64,000 nt of DNA, taken from Azolla caroliniana (Eukaryota > Plantae > Polypodiophyta). A model generated the notes under the pieces. It saw only the letters and a program-made list of their open reading frames with translations, was not told the DNA's origin and ran no database searches. Shown here piece after piece: positions 10,759 to 26,258 of the stretch. Location: NCBI GenBank assembly GCA_043228905.1, contig JBHGNT010000014.1:16740001-16804000 (forward strand), read 5' to 3'. The first letter of the stretch is position 1. Every line of letters begins with the position of its first letter. The position numbers and the translations under genes are program-made.

Positions 10759-13700
10759 CTCTTTTTTTCCAAAATGAAGCTACTTTTCCATTAGTTGGAA
10801 GGATTATTACAAAGAGACTATACAAGGAGGCTTATACACAAATTGGGGAATCTCCCTCCGATCAAGTTCAAGAAAATGAGACTACTTACATAGCCTTTCA
10901 AACTGACTACTTAAAGTAAGTAGATACCTAAAGCTAAAAGCGGTGCCCTTCAATGTCAGTCAATACGAACCGACTCCTGGGGCCTAAAACAAAGAGAGGG
11001 TGGCAGGTGAGTAGGAAATAGCCAACGTGGGGGCTGGTAGATCCACCTTGGGCCACTTCCTCCTTGCGTCACCATAGGCGTGTTCCGCCATTTCTGCCAA
11101 AAATGCAAATGGGCAATGACCACGTCATTGGAGTGACTTCAAACCTCGTCCAATTGCCTCGTAGGCAGCTGATAAGCATGAACCATATATCCATGATCAC
11201 TTCCTGTAGGGGCCATACCAAATCTTGGAAAACCTTTAGGCAACGTGCTTTCCATACATATCACAGGGTGAAGCCTACGATCAACATCCAAATTTCCAGG
11301 AACCTAGGGAATGCAGACAAGAAGCCTCTCTCAAAACGGATCTTGACGATTTTGCCTCTCGTGCATACATAACACCAATTATCCGCATTGAAGGCATTTG
11401 TCCACCATCATTCCATGCCACAACGCTCCATGATGTTGTTCCTTCCACTTCACATGCCGCAAGGAGGCGAGTCACTCTATCCCATACCTTTTGAGCTTGA
11501 GGGCAATCCTATAGACAGTGTCTCATAGTCTCAATAGGTGAAGAGCAAAGTGGGAAACCTATCGGGCCACCATGTTTACCTAGCCATTCGCCAACGAGAA
11601 CCACATTATGACCAATCTAACACCAAAAGAGCTTGATCTTTTCAGGCATGTGGAGACACTAGAGACCCTTCCATAAGGTAATGAGCACCTCATCAGGGAT
11701 GCGCAATGTTCGCTAGCCATTGCGAAGGGGGCCGTCTAGCTACATTTGTAAAGTCCGATCCAATTTAGTCTTGTATTTGAAGAAGTGGCGGAGTCTGCCA
11801 TCATGTTTCCACCTGAAATCCCTTGGGTCCCATTCTAGTTCGACGAGGGGACGACAACCGTATACCCATAACTTCCAATGGGGTTCCACCTTAGCAACAT
11901 CTGGTTCTATCTTCCAGATGCTACCAACCTATGCCACCACTCAAACTGGGTGCCAAGTGCCCCAAAAAATGTATCTCTTCCCGATCCGCTCACACCCTTT
12001 AGCAACTTAACCATTCCAGCCTCATCAAAGAGATTGAACCATACATCAACTCTCTCCTCCCCCATCGGAACCCTGTCAACTGCCTCAACTATCAATCTCT
12101 GCATTTTCATAGCTCCCTTAAGGGGAGGGGATGGGTCCTCCTGGGTTCCTCTTGGAGAAACCATGCGTCTCCAATCGTCTATAGAGTGGAGCCATGCTTG
12201 TGCTAGCTTTCCCTATGCTAGACCCTTAAGCTTCCCTAACATCATGTCATCACTTGTTCGCACCTAAGGATTCCAAAATAAAGGTTGTCTAGTCCACTCG
12301 ATTAGTGTCTCCAAGGTGTGCTTCACCAAATGTTGTCACACGTGACACCATGCCTGCAAGATGGAGTTCGTTACCCTATCCTCCAATTGGCAAGCCAAGT
12401 TGGGTGGGACTCCGCTCGTGCAACACTAGTTCAAGGAGTCAGGCCAAGGCCTACCATACTTGGGAGTCCCTTCTTGCAACATATTGCGATGTAGTACCTT
12501 CCAACACCCCTTACCTGGCAGGAGGCATCAAACCACCATTTTGGCCAGCAATGCTCGGGTCTACGCTAAGGGGTCTATGAGGCCAAGCCCCCCATTGGCC
12601 CACGATTGCGTTAACCAATGCCATGACACTCTGGCAACAACTATTGGGTTGTCCTTACCTAACCATATAAACCCCCTGATGGCAACCTTAATCGCGTGTA
12701 GACCTGCAAGGTCCATAATCCAACATGAGACCGAGTGCCACATGGTGGCAAGCATCACTTGGTTCGCAATAAGGACCCTACCATCAAAGGATAATTTAGA
12801 TCTACTCCATTGGTTCACCTTCCTACTTATTTTGGCTTGCACATAGGATAGTTGCGCTCCCTTGGGGATTTCCCTCCCCATCATAAATCCTAGGTACTTG
12901 AATGTCGTCCCATCAAGGACCCATGTAAAATTGGCATGGGGTTGCCATCGTGGTTGCTCTTGTTCATTGAACCATACACCTTGGGTTTTATCCCAATTGA
13001 CGTTGGCACCAGCGGCCTGACAAAAGTCCTCGACAAGATGTTCAGCCCGTTGCAAATTCTCCTCATCGCCCTGCAAGAAAAGGACCATATCGTCGGCATA
13101 TTCGGATAACAGAAGATCTTCGGTCGCATTGGGGATGGGCAATCCCCTCAATCCACTGCTTGGTGCTTGTAAGTAGGTAGAGAAAGCCTCGGTTACAAAT
13201 AGATAGAGATATGGGGCTAGGGGATAACCTTGCCTCACTGAGTGTTATAGGTGGAAGGAGGGGCCCCTAGCACCAGCTACCAACACGCTACGGGTCGCAA
13301 TCCGATAGAGTGTAGAAGTGCAATTCCTCCAATTTTGGGGTAGGCCCATATCGCTCATCACGTTTTCCAAGAAGGGCCATAGTACCCTTTCGTAGGCCTT
13401 CTCGAAGTCTAACATTAGAATAGTCGAGCTCGATATGGAGTGATCTGTGAATGCCATTACTTCCCAAAGAAGCAACACATTATCAAAGATACACCTACTC
13501 CTGATAACCCCTATTTGATTCTCATGTATGATGTTTGGTAAGAAGCTTGCTAACCGCCGAGCGAGGACTTTTGCGAGTATCTTGTATATTGTGTTAAGGA
13601 TCAATTGGATGCCACTGGTGCAACTCTAGGCTTCGCTCTGCCATTTTGGGGATGAGATAGATCATTCCCTCAGCCAGACTGGTCGGCATCGTTCCTGAGG

Positions 13701-13929
13701 TTCAGATCTCCCGAACCCCGGCTTCTAGTGACGGGATGACAATTTCCCAATGAATCTCAAAAAAATCTTGTGAGAGACCACCTTGCTGCCGATGGGTGGG
13801 TTAAGGTCTAGTCTCATCGGTTGGTGACCAGAGAAGGTAAGACCTACCAAGATAGCGAAGGAGCCCCCCAGCTCTTCGAGGGACGAGCTGATGTATATGC
13901 GGTTTAGTCATGCAAGGCTACCACCCTGA
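10759..13929 (-). mobile_element. L1-clade LINE family B, 5'-truncated and decayed (endonuclease end, RT, zf-RVT)
   Basis: LNTIYKILAK, LDFEKAYERV, RQGYPLAPYLY, YADD, FKYLG, GGLGLIDP; 17-bp TSD TCTGAAAGGTTGACTCT at 10742-10758 and 13930-13946. Confidence 0.92.
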
Positions 13930-15399
13930 TCTGAAAGGTTGACTCTTACTCTCTATCTACCAAGATTCTCTTTAATGATCACCCCACCCCCTTAAAATTC
14001 TTGTATGTCATCTTGAGGTTACCTGACATATGTTCATCACAATCCCATTGGAGTTTAGCACAAGAACTACAAGACATCCCTTTGGTAGTTATTTAACATA
14101 GATGACCAAGTTCCGATGGTTTTAACACTAATGAATGGAAAAGTGCTTGTCATCACACTCCAAACAATATTGACAGTTATTGACTAACATAATTTGCACT
14201 CATCAAAAGAGGGTTGGAACCTCTTCACATTGACTCATCCTATTTCTAGAGACATTATCTAGTAGTTCCATAAGAATATAACATGAGTTTTCACTTCAAT
14301 GCCCAAACAAATGACAAACTTCATGCTAGTAAATATGTTTAAATTCCAACCTATCCTAGTAATAGCCATCATACCTTACATCCTTTCTTCATAGTAATAC
14401 CATCTTAACCATAAACATTGGAAAACACTTTGATTCTTCACATCACTCTAAGCAAAAGCTCCCTTGTTTTTGAAGCAATAGCTTGGATACCATATGATTG
14501 CACATAATTGGAAGGTTGTGTTTGCAAAAGGATTGACAACATACTTACAAAAATAACAATATAGTTTACAAAGATTCCGGTGTGAGGTATACTCCTAATA
14601 ACCTAACCTAGACTACTCAATGATTATTGTTAGATTCTTGTGCTTTAAACTTCTTGTGTAATACCTCTTCCATTATGATATGAAACACACATCATGTAGG
14701 TCAATCAACTCCACCTACCCCTAATGCTAGACTCGAATATTATAGATACTTTGTTTTACAAGCATGCACTTTAACAATTACATGACAACCCTTCATTGCT
14801 AGCGCTATTTGGTTGTACAATATGTATTAACAACCAAGGGACATTGTGGACAATGGACAAACATCCCAACCATAGCCACAATGCAAAAATTCTACAATAT
14901 TAAGGCCAACTTCTAAGGATAATGCACCAATTGCAAAAGACAATGTGTCCAATACCAACCAACCTCATCCTCTTGGGATGACCTTGAGCCTAGTAACTTT
15001 GTTATCATGCCACAAACGAGTGTTGAGTCTTCTTTCATAAGTCATTGGTCACAGTACATGTAACATACATTCCCTTCAAAATCTATTTATGACCTTTTCA
15101 ATGAATTTATACCAAGATTTTACACCTCGATGTATTACGAAGCTACAATTTGTTTCAAATGGTTTCCAGAACTATAACTAATGTAAAAGTATTGTTGATT
15201 CAAAAAGAATATTGTTAGTTGAAACATCTTCACAAATATTCTCTTCAATTGGAATGTCTACATTGGTTTCACTCAATTTTCTATTAGGTGACTAGCATGG
15301 AAAATCAAATATATATCACATCTAACAGAAGGCCCAACTCATGAGCATAAACTTAGAAAATATGGCAAAAGTCTTTAGAGACTTCTTTGGTTAGTATGC

Positions 15400-16300
15400 G
15401 TTGTTATAAATTGTTCTTATACTTTATCCTTAGCCAAATCAAGCATTTCTTGTATGTCATATAGGAATGCACTAACTTGACTATTTTCAACTTTCTCTTA
15501 CCCCACTACCATTTCCAGGGTCAAAATAAATATATGACATCCAAATATTTCCTACTATTAAAGGAAAACTCTTATTGTGAGGTACCTTTTCAAATGAAAC
15601 ATACGTTCAGAGCTTCTCTTCCATTGTTTTTATTGAATCTTTTAGTTCATCTATCCAAATCAAGTCTTGACATACTTCTCCACTTTTTTAGGAGTTAAGT
15701 GAAGACATCACATAAACATGTTCAATGAACTCCTCATCACAATCAATGACAATATGTACTAGTAAACCGTAAAACTTTAAATCTTATCAACAAACAATAA
15801 TTGATCTAATTCATGTCTTTTAACTATCGTTTTTATTTCAATGAACTTTATCCTCTTGTAAATTGGTCAATTAGGGTTATTGCCCAAATGATATCATCCC
15901 ACGTTGAGTATAGGGCAAAGCAACAATGAATTCCATAGAAATATTTTCTCACTTGGCATTAGAGATTTCTTAAGGCATGATATGCAAACTTTATGAAGTC
16001 CTTTCTCTACAGTATTTACTAGGCATTGATTATACTTCCTTACGTGTCTCTATGTCAACTATCATCTTATGCCAATGGAAATAATATTTCGCTAAGGTGA
16101 ATGTTGTTAGAAAGTTATATGCTCAATTTTTGAAGGTTGATGATATTCAAATAACATCTTTCATCGAATACCAAAAACTTATACACACCATTCCCATTTT
16201 AAGACAATAATCCATTATGAATGGAGTACATTCATCATGTCACTAGCCTCATATATGACACTTAAGTTTCCCAACTAAAATCCTTGTATATTAGTTTAAA
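15400..16300 (-). pseudogene. Highly decayed Gypsy integrase remnant
   Basis: Minus-strand reading near 15890-15960 gives ENISMEFIVALPYTQRG-DIIW, matching the WxxISMDFIxxLP integrase motif; boundaries approximate. Confidence 0.55.
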
Positions 16301-16684
16301 TCGTGCACATTTTGAACCACATTTGAAGTCTTGAAAAGGCAACTATCAAAGCAACATAGCTTTTTAAACGATAGAAAGGTAGAAAGAATATACTATCATC
16401 TTTAGATGTCAAATATTAAACATTTTCAAGTCGTATGTGTGGAGTTGTTATGTAACTTTAATGCTCTCACAATTCTACTAATTAACAAGTTCGTAGCCGA
16501 GAATAAGATAGAATGGAAGAAAAGAATAAGATAATAAGAGAGAAATAATAGAACATATAGTTGTATTTTTAAGAAGAACAAGAATAAGTTGAAGATTGAA
16601 GTGCAGATCACACATGTGTTGACAAGAACTAGGCGCCACCAATAGACCACAACATATGATTGAATGAAACATAAAGTTCTATAT

Positions 16685-18319
16685 ATATATATATATATAT
16701 ATATATTTCCAAAAAAAACTCCTTCCATTAGTTATAAAATTTTACAAATGAGACGATTATGTACAAATCCCTAAAGGGACGCGATAGTTCCATCTAATGT
16801 GGAAGCCCACTGACTCAAGAAAGGGAGAGGACGACCATTGTTGGATGAAGGCTATGCGTTGTCTTTCAACTCCCTCGGAGCAACCTTTAAGGCCATCATA
16901 TTGGCTCTTCAGAGTGGCTACAATTTCACTCCATATCTCTTGCAGTAACCTTGTTGGATGGGTGGTTTGGTTGGAGAAGACTCGCCTACATCGTTGTTTC
17001 CATACAATCCAAAGGGTTATTGGGCTGACCAATTCCAACACCTCTTGAGATTTGTCATTAAGAGGAATATAGTGGACATTGCCGCTGGAGAAGAAAAGAA
17101 CCTCTTGTGCTTTTATCACCAAAGTCATACCCTCCTCCTGATGCTTGTATCGGCCAATTGCAGCCTGCCATGATAGCCAACATATATTTCCACACTTGAT
17201 TGAACCTTGCACTTGGCATAATTGCAACAAGCGGCCAACCCACCGCCATATTCTATGGGACGTTGGGCAGTCCCACAGAGCGTGTCGTATGGATTCTACT
17301 ACATGTGGGCACTCTACACAATTAGGAAAGCTAAGGATCCCACGTTGCCATGCTCCCACCAGTAGGGACTTATGTATTAACAGCCATTGGAAAGTGGTAA
17401 TTCGCCTCGCGTGTTGTTGCTTCCAGATTGTTTGCCAAAACTTGGTGATTATTGCGGAGGGAACTTGAAATGTGTGCCAGACCTTCGCAGCAGCCGGTTC
17501 TCGGGCGGCTTGAGCAGCTAGAATGTGGCAACCCAATCTAGTTGTGAATTGGAAGAAAGGGATGGGTTTGCTTCCTTGCCCCGCATAGGGATCACGCCAT
17601 GTTCATTGCAAAGGGTCCCAACTGACCTTACGTAGCCATGTGTTTTCATGAGTACATATATGCCAATCGGGTTGTACTTTGATCGGATTAGGATCTACAA
17701 TCCATTTATGACCAGTGTACGCAAGTACTCGAATGGCGTTATACTGTGTGGGTGTCTCAGTGTCTCGCAATTCATGGTCTTCGAGCCTGTTTGGTGATCC
17801 CCTACCTCTCGGGATCAGAGAGCCCTCCTCCTCGTGGCCTATCCATTTCTCCATTGTCGTCCTTTGAGTAGCAGATTCCCTAATCAGTAGCGTGTTAATG
17901 ATTTCCGATCTCATAGTCCATCCGCCCCTGATTCCATGGAGTATGTTCGCTTGATCTTGTAGTGGCATTGACATAAACCGTCGCCAACATTCTATACTTT
18001 TTCCTGGACCTTCTGCAATGTATCCCCATGACAACCCCTTACGTGATCCCAGTAGTTGATTAGATTCATCCTTGAGACATGGGTTCCATAGGATACGTTG
18101 ACTGAGCCAGGCAGGTTCGGATCTCGGTTGATCACACTGGAGCCCTCGACGAATGTCACACCATGCCTTCCACATGGATGCACTGAATCTGTCCTCCAAA
18201 TGGCAGGAAAAACTAGGTTTGAGATCCATGTTTAGAATCCATCCCATTTGGGGGGCCCAATTGACCCCTTTTCGTGGCCTAAAGTAAGCGAAACGTAACC
18301 TTAGTAGCATTTTCCAACA
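16685..18319 (-). mobile_element. L1-clade LINE family A, 5'-truncated copy (ORF2 C-terminus plus 3' end with (TA)n tail)
   Basis: ORFs 17603-18310 and 16757-17536 (CVECPHVVESIRHALWDCP zf-RVT); 14-bp TSD ATAAAGTTCTATAT at 16671-16684 and 18320-18333. Confidence 0.93.
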
Positions 18320-19049
18320 ATAAAGTTCTATATTTATTAAAGCAGTAACCGATAATCGTTACATTAGATTAGATTAATTTAACCCAATACACCACACAAC
18401 ACATAGTACTCAAATTTTATTTTTAAAGTGTTTTTATTTATTTATATATTTTTAATTTACACCCTTGATATCTACCCTTATTTTGAGAATTTGTGAGTAT
18501 AGGGTCTTACATCCATTAAGGGCTAAGAACATGTTGCCAATTAGCAGGCATGCTTTAGCTTATATAACATGATTAGTTCAGTAGATATTCCATGCTTATT
18601 TTTAGTATATTTAACGCTTATTCTAATGGTATATACAGTTTGTCAAAGAGAAAAGGTTTCGGGTTCAAAACTCTTGCTTTGTGCTTACAAAAAATATTAC
18701 ATTTTAAAAAGGGAAAATTTCTCACTTTGGAGGTGGTCTCACATCGTATTCCATTGGCAACATGACAACGTTGAGCTAGAATGGTTCGTCAATGACTAGA
18801 GCATTTGTTCACCACCTTACAACCATGCATGATCACCTCATGCAAACAATAGTATAGATAAACAAATGGCATGTTTAGCATTCATACAAGCATGCCACTT
18901 GTTGATCATGCATTAACTTGTGTGAGGTGGCAACATCTCTTAATATTATATACATAGCTTATATTATCTATGAAAAGGTGTAATCAATATTATATATCTC
19001 TATTCCTAAAATATATTATTAAATAAATATATACTTTCAGTATCTTGTA

Positions 19050-20750
19050 TAGATTTCCACGAGTTGTAATGCATCAACTAGGACTTCACACTCCATATGG
19101 ACATTCTAAATATACAATTATGCCTCTTAGTTTCACTGATGCACAAAATCGTTTAAAACATATGGCCAATGATATTTTTCGAGACTTCTTGGATGAATTC
19201 ACCATCATTTATGTACATGTCATCCTGATCTTATCCAAGATTCAATAGGTCCAGCATGATGTGCATGTTCACCAAGTTCTATGATTATTATGAGAATATG
19301 GTGTCCATGCCAAACTTAATCACAATCAAGTAGAATTCCTAGGTTACTTAGTCTCACCAAAATGCATCTCTATGGATCCAACAAAGATACAAATAATCCT
19401 AGACAAGCAAACACTTTGCTCCATGTATAATGTCTTATGCTTCTTGGTGTTTGCAAATGTTTACTATAAATTCATTAAGAATTACTCAAAAATTGTTAAA
19501 CCATTATTGTTTCCATTTGCAGTGATTTCATTGCACATGAATTTGCACATGACATCTTGAATCATATTATTCCAGATTGTGCATCTTGTTCAAGACCAAA
19601 TAGTTCAACATCTTTAGATGTTCAAGTCTGGTTGGTATGGCGATCTACTTTTCGTATGTGTTCGTGATGGTTATTCTTAATTCCAAGTCTTACACCACTA
19701 CCATGACATGAGAATTCCTAGAGATTTTTTAGTTTGTAAGAATTTAGGGTTCGTTTCTTAAAGATATTGGTAGTTGCAACTTTGTAACTTTGTTTAGGAC
19801 TACATTTGTATTTGTGATGCATTTTGTCGATCGAAGAGTCCTTGACATCAACCATATGGATTAGTATTACCCTTACTAGTTTCTAACAATTTGTGGAAGT
19901 TTGTCGCTTTGGATTTCATTACTAATCATCTAATTTCGAAAGGTTTTGATGTCATTCTGACTATGTGGATCGATTCACTAAGATGGCATATTTCTCCAAT
20001 ATTTTCTTCAATATAAAAAAGAGTAACACTAGTCAAGAGAGCATACCTAGTTATATGTTAAGCATTTAGGCATCATGATCCTCTAGGTGACATCATTAGT
20101 GATTTGAGGCCCATAATTCATCTCTAAATTTTTGAGACACTTGAACTGCTCTAGATTTCTTGCAAACTCTCTTTGAGTTCTCATCAAGAGACTAAATTAT
20201 GATGAAACCAAATGTACCAATCAAACAATGATGTAATTAACTACCAATGCACGATTGGGTTGAATTTTATACTTTGTGGAGTTTTCTTACAATTCTTCTA
20301 CACAATATACTTCCCTTCTTTGCCAACATGGGATGTTATCCCCATTGGATGATCTTGAACATCTAAAGATGTTGAAAAATCCCACCATTGAAAATCATCT
20401 ACTTCGCCTCCAAGAGGTTCACATTGATCTTTCTCACCATTTACGTGATACTCAAGCCACACATAAGACATTTGTAGATTATTATAGTCTTGATGTATCA
20501 CTAGAAGAACCTAAGGTTCGAGTTGAGGATTGTGTTTGGCTCTTACGTAGTAACATAAAGACCATCTGATCGTGCAACAAGTTGGATTATCGATGTCTTG
20601 GTTCATATATTATAATTAACCTAACCAATGAAGTTGTGTTTCTCCCAATCTCCCTCCTCATGATTACATGTATCTTCATCAAGTATTCCATGTATCACCT
20701 TTGAAACCTTATGTATCAAGCCCCATTCCAATTCAAACTATCGACGCTAT
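19050..20750 (+). pseudogene. Decayed Gypsy pol (RT and integrase), related to 2667-4760
   Basis: HMANDIFRDFL, MDPTKIQ, EFSYNSS, VWLLRSNIKT; many stops and an internal deletion. Confidence 0.85.
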
Positions 20751-23700
20751 AGCCAAGAACATAATAAGGTAAGAAGAGAAAAATAAATAAATAATATAAT
20801 TGTATTAACAAGAAGAAACAATTACAAGATTACTAAAGATTGGCATTGAACCGAAATGGTTCATCAATGACTAGAGTACCTGGCATATAATATGGATGGA
20901 TACATGCATGCTTACCATTAGGCCTTTGATAGCCACACTTAGATTATAATCTATTGGTTACATCTTGGATATATACAATGGAGTTCATGGATTGAACTTC
21001 TATTACCTTTTTGTGATGACTTGATAACTATAGTATTTTATATAAATAATTATGGTATTTTTTTTATTTTATTTTTTCCAAAACAAAAAACTATTTCCAT
21101 TACTTAAGGCAATGTACATAGGATAATATACAACTCATATCTTATAGGCCACCTTGCATGTCAAAAGAAAACAATATGTGTAGAGGAAACAACAAAAACA
21201 ACTCCAAAACACCAAATCATTCGATGAGCATAACATTACCCGAACGCATACTCTCCATGTGAGCCTCATACAACCCGAATTCAGCATAGACGTCCGCCTC
21301 TCACTTCTCATGGCAGCACCCATCTAGATGTTAGGTACACTCGGAGGGAACAGCCACCGTGGTATTTTGTATTTTGTATAGACGTTCATGAAACTAGTGA
21401 ATTTTACAATTGGGAGTGCACATTGTGATTGCAAGATAAATTTAGGTAAGATAAGTCCAAATTAACAATGTGGATTTGAAGCCAAACTCGAGCAAATCGA
21501 ACATGGGAGTATTTTAGTAAAATGGGATACTCACACTCATGATGCCTAATCAATGAGGCTCTTCACGTCTATCCTAACATCGCACTCACATCAATGAGTG
21601 TGTAAGTTAAATCTTATGAAAGTGAAAATGCAAAGAAATGAGCTCCAAGAGAGAGAGGAAGTGAAAAGATATACTAGGAAAATTTTGTACTTAGAATTGG
21701 ACCTTGTATGTTATCTCATGGATACACTTTTGAATTGACAAGTGGTTAAAGATTTAGTCATGACTCATGAGTCATGAACTTTTTTCCGAAAAGAAACTAC
21801 AACAATTCCACGACAGAGCCCCCTTTCTTATTGGTTGAAATATAATCATCTTGGAATATTCCAAATGCTTAAGAGGCCCAAGATTGAGTTCAAATTTTTC
21901 CTAATGGTTAGCAATTTTGGCCATCAACAAAGCATTACTTTTGGAATCTTGTTGTATGTATAATTATTGGACACCTTTTTACATCAAGTAAATGTCGGAG
22001 GGTTAATCTAGACCTTTTAAGCATTTGGAATATTCTCAACCGATTCTACTAAATCATTAGGAAAGAAACTTCCATTGGGAAACTTTTGGAATTCCTTTAT
22101 AGAAAAAATGTCATAAATCTCACAACTGAACTTCAAGTTAATGTATTCTTGGTGCATCGGATTCCCCTTACTATGAACTTTTGAATGATAGTAAATTGGA
22201 ATGTGATAGGGTTTTGACATCATAAACTTAAACCTTTAGCCATACAAAAGTATATTGATAACAAGACCCAACTTTGAGTCAAAATGATGTATAATGTAAA
22301 GTATTTCAAAATCAAAATTTTGCATAAGCTGATAATAGTTGAATGGATGGATGGTTTAAGACACAATTGGCAATGGGCAGCATCGTGTCTACGTCTCTTG
22401 CTTTAATGGCATTGTATTTGCACTACTATATCATTGGCATGTCAATCCTAGTTAACAACACATCATTGAGTTTGACTATTATATGTTCAAACTAGGCCCC
22501 TTTGACATAGTCGATGTTGCTTTATGATATGTTTGATCTAGTCAATAGGAACGTTACTTCACAATACATTTGAAACCCCACCTAAATCCTCCACTGTAAG
22601 GAAAATGCCACCCTAGAGGAAAGGTCAAGCTATCAAATGACAAAAGAAAAAAAGGTAAGGCCAACTCATTTATTTATTTTTTATAAGAAGGAATACATGT
22701 ACATGAGGTCAATTAAGTTCTCTTAAACTAGCTAAGAAGATACATCAAAACTTCAAGAATATGTCATCTTTGCATATGTATCTTTATTTATGAAAATTAT
22801 CGTTTCCCTATATCTACAATTGTATTGTAGGATACCACAAAGACGATTAATTGATGAGAGAAATTCACTGATACGTCAACCCCAACACACATATGTGGTC
22901 AACATCCTAGAGGTATAGCTAGTGTTGTACATAGAAATAACTAATACATCAAATGTTGTGTGTACACGTTGTCAACATTCTAGAGTTATGCCTAAAGTAA
23001 TTAGGAAAATGTGAATCCTACACTTGTGACCGAGTTGTGATTCCAATTAGAATCCATGCAACAATTCCTCATTGAGTTCTAGCTCTCATAAATGTTGATT
23101 TTTCAGAAGTCTGTGAACCCACTACCCCTCTAAGTCCATCTATTACCCTTTAAGGGAAATAAAAAGGAACGTGAGAAACAAGTCTTGAATTATGGTTTGC
23201 AAAAAGAGAACATACCCTTGATTTAATAGAATTTGGCGAAAATAAAAAAGATTAGCCAAAGTCAAAACATGCTACAAAGAAAAGCATATGTCTAGCAAAT
23301 GGGATACTTTAAAAAATCACAAACTTGGGATGAATTCTAATGTGTCTTTTAATCATATTTCATGGATGTCAACGTAAGTGAGAATTTGAAAAACTGCTCA
23401 AAGTAGACATGGCCAAATAAACTTTGGATAAAGTTACCTCCACAATTTTAATGAAGTTAATTCATAAAACAAACTAGGTTTCATGTTTTTAGAGTTAATC
23501 GAAGCCAAGAGCTCTATACGAGGCTTGGCTCTTGTACATATAATACCTCTTGTATTTCTTCCTAACTAATGGGTATCAATTTTTTTTGGGAAAAAAAAAT
23601 AATGGCCCTTGAAGACCCCACAAATGTTTTTTTATTTTTTATTTTTTATTTTTCCAAAAACAAACTCCTTCCATTAGTTATAAAATTTTACAAATGAAAC

Positions 23701-25227
23701 TATTATGTACAAAACCTTGTAGGGACGCGATAGTTCCATCTTATGTGGATGCCCACTGACTCAAGAAAGGGAGAGGACGACCATTGTTGGATGAAGGCTA
23801 TTCGCTGTCTTTCAACTCCATTGGAGCCGCCCTTGAGGCCATCATATTGGCTCTTTAGAGTGGCTACAATTTCACTCCATATCTCTTGTAGTAACCTTGT
23901 TGGATGCGCGGTTTGGTTGGAGAAGACCAGTCTACACCGTTGTTTCAATAGAATCCAAAGAGTTATAGGGCTGACCAATTCCAACACAACTTGAGATTTG
24001 TCATTAAGAGGAGCTTAGTGGACATTGCCGATGGTGGAGAAAAAAACCTCTTGTGCTTTTATCACCAAAGTCATCCCGTCCCTTGATGCGCGTATTTGCC
24101 AACTGGGGTCTGCCATGATAGCCAACATATATTTCCCCACTTTGTTTGAGCCTTGCACTTGGCATAATTGCAACAAGCGACCAACCCCCCGCCATATTCG
24201 ATGGGACGTTGGGCAGTCCCACGGAGCGTGTCGTATTGATTCTATTGCATTTGGGCACTCTACACAATTAGGAGAGCTAAGGATCCCACGTTGCCATGCT
24301 CCCACCAATAGTGACTTATGTATTAATAGCCATTGGAATGTGGTAATTCGCCTCGCGTGTTGTTGTTTCCAGATTTTCTGCCAAAACTTGGTGATAATTG
24401 TGTGAGGAACTTGAAATGTGTGCCAGACCTTTGCATCATCCGGCTCTCGGGTGGTTTGAGCATCTCGAATGTGGCAACCCAATCTAGTTGTGAATTGGAA
24501 GAAAGGGATGGGTTTGCCTCCTTGCCCCGCGTAAGGATCACACCATGTCCATTGCAAAGGTTCCCAATTGACTTTACTTAGCCATGTGTTTTCATGAGTA
24601 CATATGTGCCAATCGGGTTGTACTTTGATCAGATCAGGATCTACAATCCATTTATGACCAGTATACGCGAGTACTCGAATTGTGTTATTCTGTGTGGGTG
24701 TCTCAGTGTCTCGCAATTCAGAGCCTTTGGTCCTGTCTGGTGTTCCCCTACCCCTCAGGATCAAAGATCCCTCCTCCTCATAACCTATCCATTTCTCCAT
24801 TGTCTTCCTTTGAGTAGCAGCTTCCCTAATCAGTAGAGCGTTAATGATTTCCGATCTCATAGTCCATCCACCCCTGATTCCATGGAGTATGTTGGCTTGA
24901 TCTTGTAGTGGCAGTTACATAAATCATCTCCAACATTCTATACTTTTTCCTGAACCTTCTGTAATGTATCCCCATGACAACCCCTTACATGATCCTAGTA
25001 GTTGATTAGATTCATCCTTGATACATGGGTTCCATAGGATATATTGTCTGAGCCAGGCAAGTTTGGAACTCGGTTGATCGCACTTGAGCCCTCGACGAAT
25101 GTCACACCATGCCTTCCACATGGATGCACTAAATCTATCCTCCAATTGGTGGGAGAAACTAGGTTTGAGATCCATGTTTAGAATCCACCCCATTTGGGGG
25201 GCCCAATTGACCCCTTTTCGTGGCCTA

Positions 25228-25657
25228 AAGTAAGCTAAACGTAACCGCAGTAGCATTTTCCAATAGTCATTTCCTAGTTGGAGTCCTCACACCATAAATT
25301 TGGCAAGTAAGGCTTTTGGTTGTGAAAGGGGATCAATAAGACCCAATCCCCCTCTCGACTTAGGTGTCGTGAGTATAGGCCACGTCACCCGCGAGTTACA
25401 TGATCTTCCTTACCAGACTAAATGTAGTTGCGTACCAATCGTAAGTAAGCTAAACGTAACCGCAGTAGCATTTTCCAATAGTCATTTCCTAGTTGGAGTC
25501 CTCACACCATAAATTTGGCAAGTAAGGCTTTTGGTTGTGAAAGGGGATCAATAAGACCCAATCCCCCTCTCGACTTAGGTGTCGTGAGTATAGGCCACGT
25601 CACCCGCGAGTTACATGATCTTCCTTACCAGACCAAATGTAGTTGCGTACCAATCGT
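25228..25657. repeat. 215-bp near-perfect tandem duplication inside LINE ORF2
   Basis: 25228-25442 is repeated at 25443-25657; one mismatch seen (GACTAAAT/GACCAAAT). Confidence 0.93.
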
Positions 25658-26258
25658 TGAATCTGATGTATACTTTCCTTGGAGATTGTCCAACATGATA
25701 GACTATACCATGTTGTTTCGAGTAGTACCTGGTTTGCCACTATGATGCGACCTGCTAGTGACAGTTTTTTCGAACTCCAACGTATCAACTTTTGTTGAAT
25801 GGAATGGATAACGTGTGCAATCATAGTTCCCGACGGTATGTTGAAACCAATTTGGAAACCCAAATATTTGGTCCTCGCTCCTTGATTGATCCATTTGAAA
25901 GCGGGATGTGGGTGCCACGCAGGATGTGTTTCATGAGAAAGCCATATTGCACAGGATTTGTGCCAATTGATCATGGCATTGGAGCTCTTACAAAATACGT
26001 CTAACCCACTTTCTAGCTTTTGGAGGTTTTCCAAGTCCCCTTGCAGGTAGACCGTTGTGTCATCTGCAAATTCTATATCCAGGATGCTTTGGTGAGAATG
26101 AGGTACAGGAAGACCACGTAGGTTGAGATGTCGCGAGTTGAGAAAGTAAGAGAGTGCTTCGACGTATAATAGAAATAAGGATGGAGCTCATGGGCATCCA
26201 TGTCGTACAGATCAGGATATTCAAAAAACGGGGACCCTTTCACCTGCCAGTGAAACGC

